Below, piece by piece: positions 45,008 to 53,814 of a stretch of 64,000 bases of DNA. The notes below the pieces were generated by a model. That model was not told the DNA's origin. It saw only the letters and a list, made by a program, of their open reading frames with translations, and ran no database searches. The position numbers were made by a program, and so were the translations under genes. Origin of the DNA: Candidatus Poribacteria bacterium (GTDB taxonomy: Bacteria > Poribacteria > WGA-4E > PCPOR2b); contig OZ220744.1 of assembly GCA_965116925.1 (NCBI GenBank), positions 2,304,001-2,368,000 of the forward strand. Reading direction: 5' to 3'. Numbering within the stretch: position 1 is the first letter of the stretch; each line of letters begins with the position of its first letter.

Positions 45008-45883
45008 TCATTCGGGATAAATACGGGTTCCCAATGCATCCGTAACGTGATGAAATTCTTCAATCAGCTTTTGCGTAACGGTGCCCGGAGAGCCATTGCC
45101 AACGATGCGTTGATCTATTTTAACAACAGGAATAACTTCTGCAGCGGTTCCCGTTAGAAAGCATTCTTCGGCGGTATAGAGGTCGTGTCGGGTAAACACC
45201 TTTTCTTCAACAGTGATGCCCAATTCGCGCGCCAAGTCAATGACAGTATTACGGGTGACTCCCTCCAAGATGCCGAGATGGGTGGGCGGTGTGACAATCA
45301 CATTATCTTTAAGAAAAAAGATGTTGTCGCCGCTGCATTCGACAACATATCCCTCCGCATTCAGCATGAGCACTTCTTCGACACCAGCCTGTTTGCCTTC
45401 TATCTTTGCCAAGATATTGTTGAGATAATTCAATGACTTGATGCGAGGACTGACGGCTTCAGCATAATTTCGGCGCACAGAAACAGTAACGATTTCTAAA
45501 CCATCTTCGTAAAAATTCGGGGGGTAGAGTGTAATTTTATCCGTGATGATGATAATGGTCGGTAGGGGACACTTATCCGGATCCAAACCGAGATCGCCGA
45601 CACCGCGAGTTACCACCAGACGGATATAAGCATCGTGCAGCTGATTTCGGCGGAGCGTCTCCAATACCGCTTCTTCCATGCTCTCAATGGAGATGGGGAT
45701 TTCGAGCATAATGGCTTTTGCCGAATCGTAGAGACGTTGTAGGTGCTCATCGAGCTTGAAGACACGCCCCTTGTAAGATCGGATGCCCTCAAAGACCCCG
45801 TCTCCGTAGAGTAGCCCGTGATCAAAAACAGAAATCTTTGCTTCTTCTTGCGGAAGGTATTCCCCATCAATATAAACTAACAT
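45008..45883 (-). CDS. ilvE: Branched-chain amino acid aminotransferase
   Basis: 'DHGLLYGDGVFEGIR', 'KSLNY', 'LEGVTR', 'GTAAE'; true start likely 45883. Confidence 0.95.
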   Translation of the reverse strand: MLVYIDGEYLPQEEAKISVFDHGLLYGDGVFEGIRSYKGRVFKLDEHLQRLYDSAKAIMLEIPISIESMEEAVLETLRRNQLHDAYIRLVVTRGVGDLGLDPDKCPLPTIIIITDKITLYPPNFYEDGLEIVTVSVRRNYAEAVSPRIKSLNYLNNILAKIEGKQAGVEEVLMLNAEGYVVECSGDNIFFLKDNVIVTPPTHLGILEGVTRNTVIDLARELGITVEEKVFTRHDLYTAEECFLTGTAAEVIPVVKIDQRIVGNGSPGTVTQKLIEEFHHVTDALGTRIYPE

Positions 45884-45945
45884 AGCGTTTTCCTCAAATC
45901 TACGACTCGCCGAATCTGCGAATCGTGCATTACAGATCACATATT

Positions 45946-46024
45946 TATAGTGGATCTTAGAATTAATGAGACACTCCAAACCGGTGCAGTTGAAAACCGC
46001 ACCTGCCGGGGGAAGGTGTCTATT
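45946..46024 (-). mobile_element. Partial MITE-like family A copy
   Basis: TATAGTGGATCTTAGAATTAATGAGACAC plus REP-like hairpin. Confidence 0.6.
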
Positions 46025-46029
46025 AACAG

Positions 46030-46710
46030 TTACACCGGGTCAAATACTTGACCGTCCACGAGCTGAATCAACCGATCGGCGCGTTGGGCGAGCGTCTGGT
46101 TATGTGTCACGATGATAAACGTTTGGTTGAATTGGTCATTAAGCGTCCAGAGTAAGTCGTGCACCGCTTCACTCGTTTTTTGGTCAAGATTGCCCGTTGG
46201 CTCATCTGCCAACACAACCTTTGGTTGATTGACTAAAGCGCGGGCTATGGCGACGCGCTGTCGTTCACCACCGGAAAGCTCCGATGGACGATGTTCGAGT
46301 CGTTCCCCCAAACCGACATATTCTAGCAACTCTTTGGCTCGATCCTGTGCAACATCGGCTTCTTGCCGAGCAATCAGCCCCGGCATCGCCACGTTTTCAA
46401 GCGCAGTGAACTCCGGTAAAAGATGATGGAACTGAAAAACAAAACCGATCTCTTCGTTGCGGAATCGATCCAGTTCATGGTCATTCAATGCGAAGATGTC
46501 CTCTTTTTCATAGAAGATTGTTCCGTCTGTTGGACGGTCTAACCCGCCAAGTAGATGAAGCAGCGTACTTTTTCCGACCCCGGAGGCACCGACAATTGCT
46601 ACAATCTCTGCCTTCTTGACCCTCAAATCAACTCCTTTGAGTACCGGAAGTTCTATTAAGCCGTCGTAGTAAGACTTATATAGATCAACAATGCGGATGA
46701 GGTTATTCAT
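46030..46710 (-). CDS. lolD: Lipoprotein-releasing ABC transporter ATPase
   Basis: 'GASGVGKST', 'GFVFQFHHLLPEF', 'LSGGERQR', 'DEPTGNLD'. Confidence 0.92.
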   Translation of the reverse strand: MNNLIRIVDLYKSYYDGLIELPVLKGVDLRVKKAEIVAIVGASGVGKSTLLHLLGGLDRPTDGTIFYEKEDIFALNDHELDRFRNEEIGFVFQFHHLLPEFTALENVAMPGLIARQEADVAQDRAKELLEYVGLGERLEHRPSELSGGERQRVAIARALVNQPKVVLADEPTGNLDQKTSEAVHDLLWTLNDQFNQTFIIVTHNQTLAQRADRLIQLVDGQVFDPV

Positions 46711-48169
46711 GGCGGAGTGCCTCAACGGGGTTTAGAGCAGCTGCTTTATGTGCCGGATACAACGCGGCAAGCCAGCAGGTTCCAATTGACAAGAGGTTCA
46801 TAAGAATAACGAATATCCAACTAATTCTGACCGGCAATCGGTTAAGTTGATACACACCGCTCAAATTTTTTCCGAGAATGTCATTAAGGTAAATGGGCTG
46901 CGCGATAAAAAAGAGAGACAGTGCGGCTGCGATACACCAGATTAAAAGGAATCCTGTTGCGTTAATGGGCAACGGTTCGATATACCGGCACACATGCAGC
47001 ACAATTGGCAGCAGCAGGAACAGCAGACCGTACAAGCGTGAGACATTGCCGATTTGAAACTCAAGCCGCCAGCAGACATACACGCCGAGTGCTGTCCCTA
47101 AGATAGATCCCAAGATGCCAATAATCCCGCCTTGGAAGATGAAAAGTTTTCTGATTCCTTTTTTCGATGCTCCCATTGCCCTGAGAATACCGATGTCCTG
47201 TGTTTTTTCCATCACCATCATAATGAGGGTGCTTGCGATATTGAACACTGCGACGAGGATGATGAGTGCGACGACAACCATTGTCACAACTTTTTCAAGT
47301 TGGAGTGCTTCAAAAAACTCCGCGCGCGATTCCATCCATGTCATTGTTATCGGTACCGCACCTAAGCCTGGGGCAAGACGGATCTCTTGTTTAATACGAT
47401 TGCTGACCTTCGGTGCCATATCTGCATGAACGAGGCGAACCTCAATAAGGTTGATCTGATCCGGCTTTTGGTAGAGCGTCTGCGCGGTTTGTAGGTCAAT
47501 AAAGCCGTAAACATTGTCGTGGAGATAAAGCCCGGATTGGTAAAGCCCGACGACCACAAAATTCCTCATCAACGGCAGAAAAGCACCAGGATTGGCGGGA
47601 TTTTTCACCATCTTAGAGATAAGGCGCAACACATCTCCCGGAACGACACCGATTCTCCGAGCGACGTGGTAGCCCAGAACAATACCGCCGGCGATCGTCT
47701 CCTTTCCTGCCAAGCGCATTTGCGCTTCATCTATGAACTGCGATTGATTAAAGGACTCAAAATCCTTTACGTAACTTGAAAACCCTGTGACGTGATCTTC
47801 TTGTTGCAGATCAATCCCTTTTACGGGAATCACGGTTTCAAGTGCCTCGCTGCCTTGGGGTTGAAGGGCAAGTGGTCTAAGGATTACAGGGGCAGCGGCA
47901 ACGACTCCTTCGATTTTTTCGATCTGATCAATCTTTTCCTGATAATTCGGAAAATGACCGTGTACCGATCGGACGATTATGTGGGCTTCATTAACAAGGA
48001 ATTTCTCTTTAATCTCATGCCCGAAACCTTCCAAGGTAGAAACCACGATAATGACAGCGGCAATGCCGAGGGTAACCCCGCTCACGGAAATAATACTAAT
48101 AATCGAGATAAAGGCTTGTTTTCGTCGTGATTTCAGATAGCGGGATGCTATAAGCCATTCATATTTCAT
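46703..48169 (-). CDS. lolC: Lipoprotein-releasing ABC transporter permease LolC/E
   Basis: 'IASRYL', 'VAVFNIASTL.MMV.EK..DIGILRAMGA', 'YPA.KAA.LNPVEALR'. Confidence 0.85.
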   Translation of the reverse strand: MKYEWLIASRYLKSRRKQAFISIISIISVSGVTLGIAAVIIVVSTLEGFGHEIKEKFLVNEAHIIVRSVHGHFPNYQEKIDQIEKIEGVVAAAPVILRPLALQPQGSEALETVIPVKGIDLQQEDHVTGFSSYVKDFESFNQSQFIDEAQMRLAGKETIAGGIVLGYHVARRIGVVPGDVLRLISKMVKNPANPGAFLPLMRNFVVVGLYQSGLYLHDNVYGFIDLQTAQTLYQKPDQINLIEVRLVHADMAPKVSNRIKQEIRLAPGLGAVPITMTWMESRAEFFEALQLEKVVTMVVVALIILVAVFNIASTLIMMVMEKTQDIGILRAMGASKKGIRKLFIFQGGIIGILGSILGTALGVYVCWRLEFQIGNVSRLYGLLFLLLPIVLHVCRYIEPLPINATGFLLIWCIAAALSLFFIAQPIYLNDILGKNLSGVYQLNRLPVRISWIFVILMNLLSIGTCWLAALYPAHKAAALNPVEALRHE

Positions 48170-48204
48170 AGAGCATAAAACTTACGTTAATGCCAAGGCA
48201 AATT

Positions 48205-48372
48205 TATAGTAGATTTTAGAATTAATTGGACACTATGAACGAGCACGTCAGAAACTTGTTGGCAGGGTTACGACATACGGTGCACGCCTCCGGTGTAAAG
48301 GTCAATCTGCCATAAGTAGCGCGAACTGTTAGTTTGCGGTTTGGGATCATAATCTAACAGATTGTGGTACAA
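48205..48372 (-). mobile_element. MITE-like family A variant plus adjoining repeat
   Basis: Reverse-complement match to 38195-38310 and 37771-37810. Confidence 0.6.
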
Positions 48373-48375
48373 AAT

Positions 48376-48642
48376 TTACCATTTCTCCTTTGGTAAAATT
48401 TCTCCGGCTAAGGTCGCCGCTGTTTCTGCCCACTGCAATTCTTCAGGCTGTTGCATCTGCTGTTCACAATAAATGTTTTCGAGTTCCTGCGGATTGATCT
48501 GTCCAATGAATTGTTGACAAGCCATCTCAATAAACTCCTCGCGATTATAGCGAAGTTGCTCCGCACACTCATCTATTACCCTGAGCAGGGTGGAGTTCAA
48601 CGAAACGGAAACCTCTATTTTTTTTAAGATTTGTTTGTCCAT
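48376..48642 (-). CDS. Ribbon-helix-helix antitoxin-like protein (orphan)
   Basis: 'VSVSLNSTLL..ID..A.....NREEFIEMA', acidic C-terminal tail ending in W. Confidence 0.55.
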   Translation of the reverse strand: MDKQILKKIEVSVSLNSTLLRVIDECAEQLRYNREEFIEMACQQFIGQINPQELENIYCEQQMQQPEELQWAETAATLAGEILPKEKW

Positions 48643-48724
48643 ACCTTCTATCTCTCTTGCCGCGTAGGGTAAGAGGTCCGATGCAGCTGCGCTATCTCCA
48701 TCAGAAGATTTTATTCTTCACGTA

Positions 48725-50203
48725 TCAGTCTGATCGTTCCGGACGCATCTGTGGGAATAGAATCACATCACGGATTGAGGTCTGATCTGTGAGCAACATG
48801 GCGAGTCGGTCGATGCCGAAGCCAAGCCCGCCTGTCGGCGGCATGCCGTACTCTAATGCTCGCAGATAGTCCTCATCGATCATCAACGCATCTTCAGCCC
48901 CATCTTCCCCCTTCTTGGCCCCCTCAATAAATCGCTCACGCTGATCTATTGGATCGTTCAGTTCACTGAAGGCGTTGCCCATCTCCATGCGAGCGATGAA
49001 GAACTCAAACCGTTCAACGAAGCGATCGCTTCCACGTTTCTTTTTGGCAAACGGCGAAATTTCGATGGGATAATCGTAAATGAATGTCGGTTGAACGAGG
49101 TTTGGTTCGACGTACGCCTCAAAGAGTTCGGCAATAAGTTTTCCTCTAGGGGCTGCACCTTCTAAATCAACGCCAGCGTCCAATACCGCATCGCGCAATT
49201 CTCCGTCGGTCAACTCATCAACATCAATGCCAGCTTCTTCCTTTATCGATTCAATCATCGTCAATCTGCGCCAAGGCGGATCGAGTGAGATAGAATCGCC
49301 TTTATAGGTGATCTGCGTTGTGCCGAGAACCGTTTGGGCAGCGTGTGCGAGTAGGTTTTCGGTTAAACACATCATATCTTGGTAGTCCGCGTATGCTTGA
49401 TAAAGCTCAATCATCGTGAATTCGGGACTGTGATCGTGGTCTATCCCTTCATTCCGAAAATCCCTCGAAAATTCATAGACCCGATCGAACCCACCGACAA
49501 TGAGTCGTTTGAGATATAACTCGTTCGCGATGCGGAGGTAGAGCGGCATATCCAAGGCGTTGTGATGTGTGGTGAACGGACGCGCTGTAGCACCTCCATA
49601 GATTGGTTGAAGGATTGGTGTTTCAACTTCAATAAAACCGTCCTGATTGAGGTATTCGCGGATGGCTTGAACCATCCGTGTGCGGTTGATGAAAACCTGC
49701 ATGACTTCGGGATTCATCATCAAATCCGCATATCGTTGACGATACCGTGTCTCCTTATTCTGTAAGCCGTGCCACTTTTCTGGGGGAGGCCGGAGGGATT
49801 TGGCAAGGAGTTCAACTTCGTTCACCAACACCGTAATTTCGCCGGTTCGGGTACGAAAAACGGCTCCATCGACACCGATAACGTCGCCAACATCAAGCTT
49901 TCTATAGACTTGATAGGCTTCTTCTCCGACTGCATTTTGACGGACATAGATCTGGAGACGACCGGTCGCATCTTGCAGGTGTGCAAATCCACTTTTGCCG
50001 TGGTCACGCTTGGTCATAATCCGTCCGGCAAGGCGAACCGATTTTGTTTCGTCCGGCTGATCTCCGACCTCCGCAAATTGTTCACGGATTTCTTGGGTTG
50101 TATGGGTCGGTGAATATTTGTAAGCGTATGGGTCTACACCGAGCTGCCGAATTTCTTCCAGCTTTTCTCGGCGTTGGTCCATCAATGCACTTGAATCTTC
50201 CAA
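48725..50203 (-). CDS. lysS: Lysine--tRNA ligase (class II)
   Basis: 'RYRQRY', 'GGATARPF', 'FRNEG', 'GMPPTGG.G.GIDRL'. Confidence 0.97.
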   Translation of the reverse strand: MEDSSALMDQRREKLEEIRQLGVDPYAYKYSPTHTTQEIREQFAEVGDQPDETKSVRLAGRIMTKRDHGKSGFAHLQDATGRLQIYVRQNAVGEEAYQVYRKLDVGDVIGVDGAVFRTRTGEITVLVNEVELLAKSLRPPPEKWHGLQNKETRYRQRYADLMMNPEVMQVFINRTRMVQAIREYLNQDGFIEVETPILQPIYGGATARPFTTHHNALDMPLYLRIANELYLKRLIVGGFDRVYEFSRDFRNEGIDHDHSPEFTMIELYQAYADYQDMMCLTENLLAHAAQTVLGTTQITYKGDSISLDPPWRRLTMIESIKEEAGIDVDELTDGELRDAVLDAGVDLEGAAPRGKLIAELFEAYVEPNLVQPTFIYDYPIEISPFAKKKRGSDRFVERFEFFIARMEMGNAFSELNDPIDQRERFIEGAKKGEDGAEDALMIDEDYLRALEYGMPPTGGLGFGIDRLAMLLTDQTSIRDVILFPQMRPERSD

Positions 50204-50300
50204 TTGTACGTTCCTTTACAGAGATTGCTAACAAGCTAGTATAGCATTTCTATAGTCTTTCGGCAATAAAAAACTAACTATCGCGCAGGCTGCACTCCCC

Positions 50301-51408
50301 TCATTTCTTGTCGGCTTTCGCGTCTTTTAGGTAGCTTTCAATAAACTGATCTAGTTCGCCATCCATAACGGCGTCGATATTTCCAGTTTCAACGCCCGTT
50401 CGCAGATCCTTCACGAGACGGTATGGGTGAAACACGTAGGAGCGGATCTGGCTGCCGAAATTGATATCGAGCCGATCGCCTTGCAGCTTTGAGATTTCTT
50501 CGTTTCGTTGCGCTTGAAAGTATTCATAGACCCGTGACCGTAAAACCTTCATCGCCATCTCACGATTCTTGTGTTGCGATCTTTCGTTTTGGCATTGTGC
50601 GACGATTCCGGTGGGTAGATGGGTCATTCGGACTGCTGAGTCGGTGCGGTTGACATGCTGCCCACCGGCGCCGCCTGATCTATAGGTTTCGACACGCAGA
50701 TCCGCCGGATCGATTTCAACGTCAATGTTATCACTAATTTCGGGGGAGACAGCGACAGCTGCAAATGAGGTGTGACGGCGATTATTAAAATCGAAGGGAG
50801 AGAGACGCACGAGACGATGGATGCCTGCTTCTGCACGAAGATAGCCGTAGGCATACTCACCTGTGACCAAGATGGTCGCGCTCTTGATACCGGCTTCCTC
50901 GCCGGGCAGTAGTTCGATGGTTTCGGTTTTGTAGTTACGCGCCTCGCACCAGCGGAGATGCATCCGCATCAACATGGCTGCCCAGTCTTGGGATTCGGTG
51001 CCACCTGCGCCGGGATGGATGCTCAAGATTGCATTGTTCAGATCGTGCTCGCCACTGAGCATCAGTTTAAATTCAATCTCTTCAACCTCTGCCGTGATTC
51101 CTTTCAGATCCGCTTGAATTTCGTTGCTTACGGTCTGGTCATCTTCCTCAATTGCAAGTCCGAGCAGCAGTTGCAGATCTTCGAGTTGGGCGTGGAGTTT
51201 CCGATATCTCTCTACATCTTCTCGCAGGTTGGAGACCCGTTGTGTAATTTTTTGGGCATTCTGGGGATCATTCCAAAATTCGGGCTTTGCTGTTTCCTCT
51301 TGAAGGGTTTCGAGTTCTTTTTCCTTATTCGTTAAGTCAAAGATGCCCCCTAAGTTCAAGGAGTCGAGCGGTCATTCCTTCAACTTCAGATTTTAAGTCT
51401 GCGAGCAT
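50301..51408 (-). CDS. prfB: Peptide chain release factor 2, programmed +1 frameshift
   Basis: ORF0 MLADLKSEVEGMTARLLELRGHL*, then +1 frame with 'SPF' and 'GGQ'. Confidence 0.96.
51336..51351 (-). promoter_or_regulatory. prfB frameshift site
   Basis: AGGGGG-CAT-CTT-TGA-C on the minus strand. Confidence 0.95.
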
Positions 51409-51445
51409 TGTGTATGTCCTTTCTGGTCTTGAGTAGAGATATATT

Positions 51446-51638
51446 TATAGTGGATCTTAGAATTAATTGGACACTGTAAATCGGCGAGGTTAGGCCCCCT
51501 CGCCTACCGGGGAGGGAAAAACCCGGGCAATGACCCCGGTAGGTGCGGTTTGTAACCGCACCGCATCGGCGCAGTTGGAAACAGCGCCTACCAAACACAG
51601 GTGGCGAAAGTGTCTATTTATTTTTAGAATTCACCATA
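51446..51638 (-). mobile_element. MITE-like family A, expanded with three REP-like hairpins
   Basis: Inverted homologue of 1504-1610 with ~85 extra internal nt. Confidence 0.7.
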
Positions 51639-51717
51639 GTATTGTGTGGCGTTCTGTTTTGAATTTCCTGCTTTATTGGTCGCGCTGCCTTCCGAATCTG
51701 TGTTCATCGACTGGTGA

Positions 51718-53292
51718 TTATGCGTTTCGTCTGAGCTTGGAAGCGATCCAAGCTCGGTGGTGGTAGAGGATTAGGAGAACGCTCACAAGGAAACATAGGA
51801 TTGGGAACCAATCGCCGTAGCGCGTATAAACGGTTCCCCCGTGATTGCTCAATGGGATCCTCGCTACTAGGAAATTTTCTGTATCATTAGCTTGAATCGG
51901 CGGCGTGGTTATCCTGCCGAGCGCATCAATTATACACGATATGCCTCCGTTGGCGCAACGGAAAACGGCTACACGGTTTTCGACTGCGCGGAAGGGTGCC
52001 ATAGCAAGATGCTGTTCTGGGGCTGCTGTTCCGTCGAACCACGCATCGTTGGTAAGGATTCCCATGACGGACGCCCCTTTTTTGACAAATTTGCGGAAGA
52101 GGTTCGGGAACACGGACTCAAAGCAGATTACGACTCCCATTTGGCTGTTTTCCGTGCGAGGAATGGGAAAGAGATCGATTGATTTTCCCGGCTCAAATCC
52201 GGAGGAGAGTTGGATAAAGTTGGGGAGGTGACGGGTGATCGGGACGTATTCGCCAAAGGGGACAAGGTGCATCTTGGAGTAGCTGCCAAGTTTTTCGCTG
52301 GTCGGGGATAGCAGGAACACGGTGTTATACATTTTTCCGTCGAGGGCCGTATGCGTTCCTGTGAGCAGGTGTATCTGCCTTTCATTTAGTATCTGCTTCA
52401 ATTTTGCGAGGTAGACGTTCCCTTCAAAGATGAATATTCTGCCGTGCAGAGCGGTTTCAGGCAGCACGATGAGGTCGGGTTCTTCGGCGTCTGCTGCTTT
52501 TACTAGATTCATATATCTCTCAAAGATTTGGGGCAAGTATGTGGGATCCCACTTTTCGATCTGTGGCACATTGCCGGGGACAAGGGCAATTTTGACATCT
52601 GAGGCGGTCTTAATGGGCTTGGACAACACTTGTGCGCCGTAGATAAGGCAGGCGATGACAATCACGATGGGAATGATGCGTGAAACGTGAAACGTGAAAC
52701 GTGAAGAGGTCTTAGGGGCAGTCGGTTGGTTTTTGGATATGAAATGAGTGTGGACTATATCTGCGATTGTAGTGTTGAGGAGGACGACGATGAAACTGAT
52801 ACCGTGTACGCCTGTGAATGATGCGATCTGGATTGCTGGTAGGTTATTCCACTGCGTATAGCCCATGCTGCCCCACGGGAAACCTGTCAGAAACCAGCTT
52901 CGCACCCATTCTAACCCTATCCATATCGTAGGCACGATGAAGATGAAGGGCAGCCCGGATTTCCATGGGAGTCCATGTAGCAGCGCAGAAAAAATGCCGA
53001 AGTATACCGCGAGATAGCCTGCGAGCAGCAGGCAGGCGAATGTGGTCAGGAAGATGTTTGCAAAGGGATAGAGTAGGGCGATCCAGTAGATCAGTCCGAG
53101 GAAGAAGATTGCGCCGGTGAGGTAGCCGTGTAGAAAAGCGGACTTCCAAGTGGACGTGGATTGTAGGGCAATCAGTAGGGGGATAAGGCTGATCCATGCC
53201 AGTGGGTAGAGGTTGAAACTTGGGAAGCTGAGGATGAGTAGGATGCCGGATATACAGGCGAGGATCCAGGTTTGGTAGCGTTTTATGTGCAT
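51718..53292 (-). CDS. lnt: Apolipoprotein N-acyltransferase
   Basis: 'TGFPW', 'PET', 'K.HLVPFGEY', 'ICFE', 'TNDAWF', 'RAVEN'. Confidence 0.95.
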   Translation of the reverse strand: MHIKRYQTWILACISGILLILSFPSFNLYPLAWISLIPLLIALQSTSTWKSAFLHGYLTGAIFFLGLIYWIALLYPFANIFLTTFACLLLAGYLAVYFGIFSALLHGLPWKSGLPFIFIVPTIWIGLEWVRSWFLTGFPWGSMGYTQWNNLPAIQIASFTGVHGISFIVVLLNTTIADIVHTHFISKNQPTAPKTSSRFTFHVSRIIPIVIVIACLIYGAQVLSKPIKTASDVKIALVPGNVPQIEKWDPTYLPQIFERYMNLVKAADAEEPDLIVLPETALHGRIFIFEGNVYLAKLKQILNERQIHLLTGTHTALDGKMYNTVFLLSPTSEKLGSYSKMHLVPFGEYVPITRHLPNFIQLSSGFEPGKSIDLFPIPRTENSQMGVVICFESVFPNLFRKFVKKGASVMGILTNDAWFDGTAAPEQHLAMAPFRAVENRVAVFRCANGGISCIIDALGRITTPPIQANDTENFLVARIPLSNHGGTVYTRYGDWFPILCFLVSVLLILYHHRAWIASKLRRNA

Positions 53293-53433
53293 ATTAGCTT
53301 AATGGAGTATTTTGAATGTATCCTTTTTTCGCTTCGAGAGCTTCGGCAATTCAGCGCACAACATTAATTTACTGAATTCGTTTTAATCAATAATTCTTTT
53401 ACTTGCTGCCTTACTTACTTCCTGTGCACAGAA

Positions 53434-53814
53434 TTATTCGTATTCGATAATTGCGGCGATTGCCGCGGTAATCTCTTGCATAAGTATTGCGCTGAGTCTG
53501 CCTCGTCTGCTAATAAAGCGTGTCACATCCACTCCCCGAATTTGCAGCGTGTCAACGGCTGAAACTTTTGTCAGGCCGTTCATACCACTGGGTTCAATAT
53601 AAACATGCCAGATGTTTCTTGAAAACCGGTTTTGCCAACCGGTGATTGGGGATACCAACTTAATCGGCAAATGTCCCACGCCGTCGGAACTAATAACTAC
53701 AGCGGGACGGATTTTCTGAATCTCTGCGCCAATCGTCGGATCGAAGTTTAGATCCCAAACCTCTCCCCGACGCGGATTAGGTGGATTTGTATTCAACGAG
53801 GTCTCCCCCTTCAA
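53434..53814 (-). CDS. mazF: PemK/MazF family toxin
   Basis: 'PRRGEVW...FDPTIGAEIQKIRPAVVIS', 'NGLTKVS.VD..QIR'; start may be TTG at 53796. Confidence 0.9.
   Translation of the reverse strand: MKGETSLNTNPPNPRRGEVWDLNFDPTIGAEIQKIRPAVVISSDGVGHLPIKLVSPITGWQNRFSRNIWHVYIEPSGMNGLTKVSAVDTLQIRGVDVTRFISRRGRLSAILMQEITAAIAAIIEYE

Noticed and set aside
45884..45979. N-terminal extension of IlvE
   Set aside because: Runs into a MITE-like repeat; family homology starts at MLVYIDG
51336..51408. prfB as a broken gene or novel recoding event
   Set aside because: Canonical, well-known RF2 +1 programmed frameshift
51386..51766. Small ORFs in repeat-rich intergenic DNA (also 1547, 1716, 3341, 14205, 37993)
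   Set aside because: Translations of MITE/REP sequence (recurrent LETAPT and MSPRWG peptides) with no independent coding evidence
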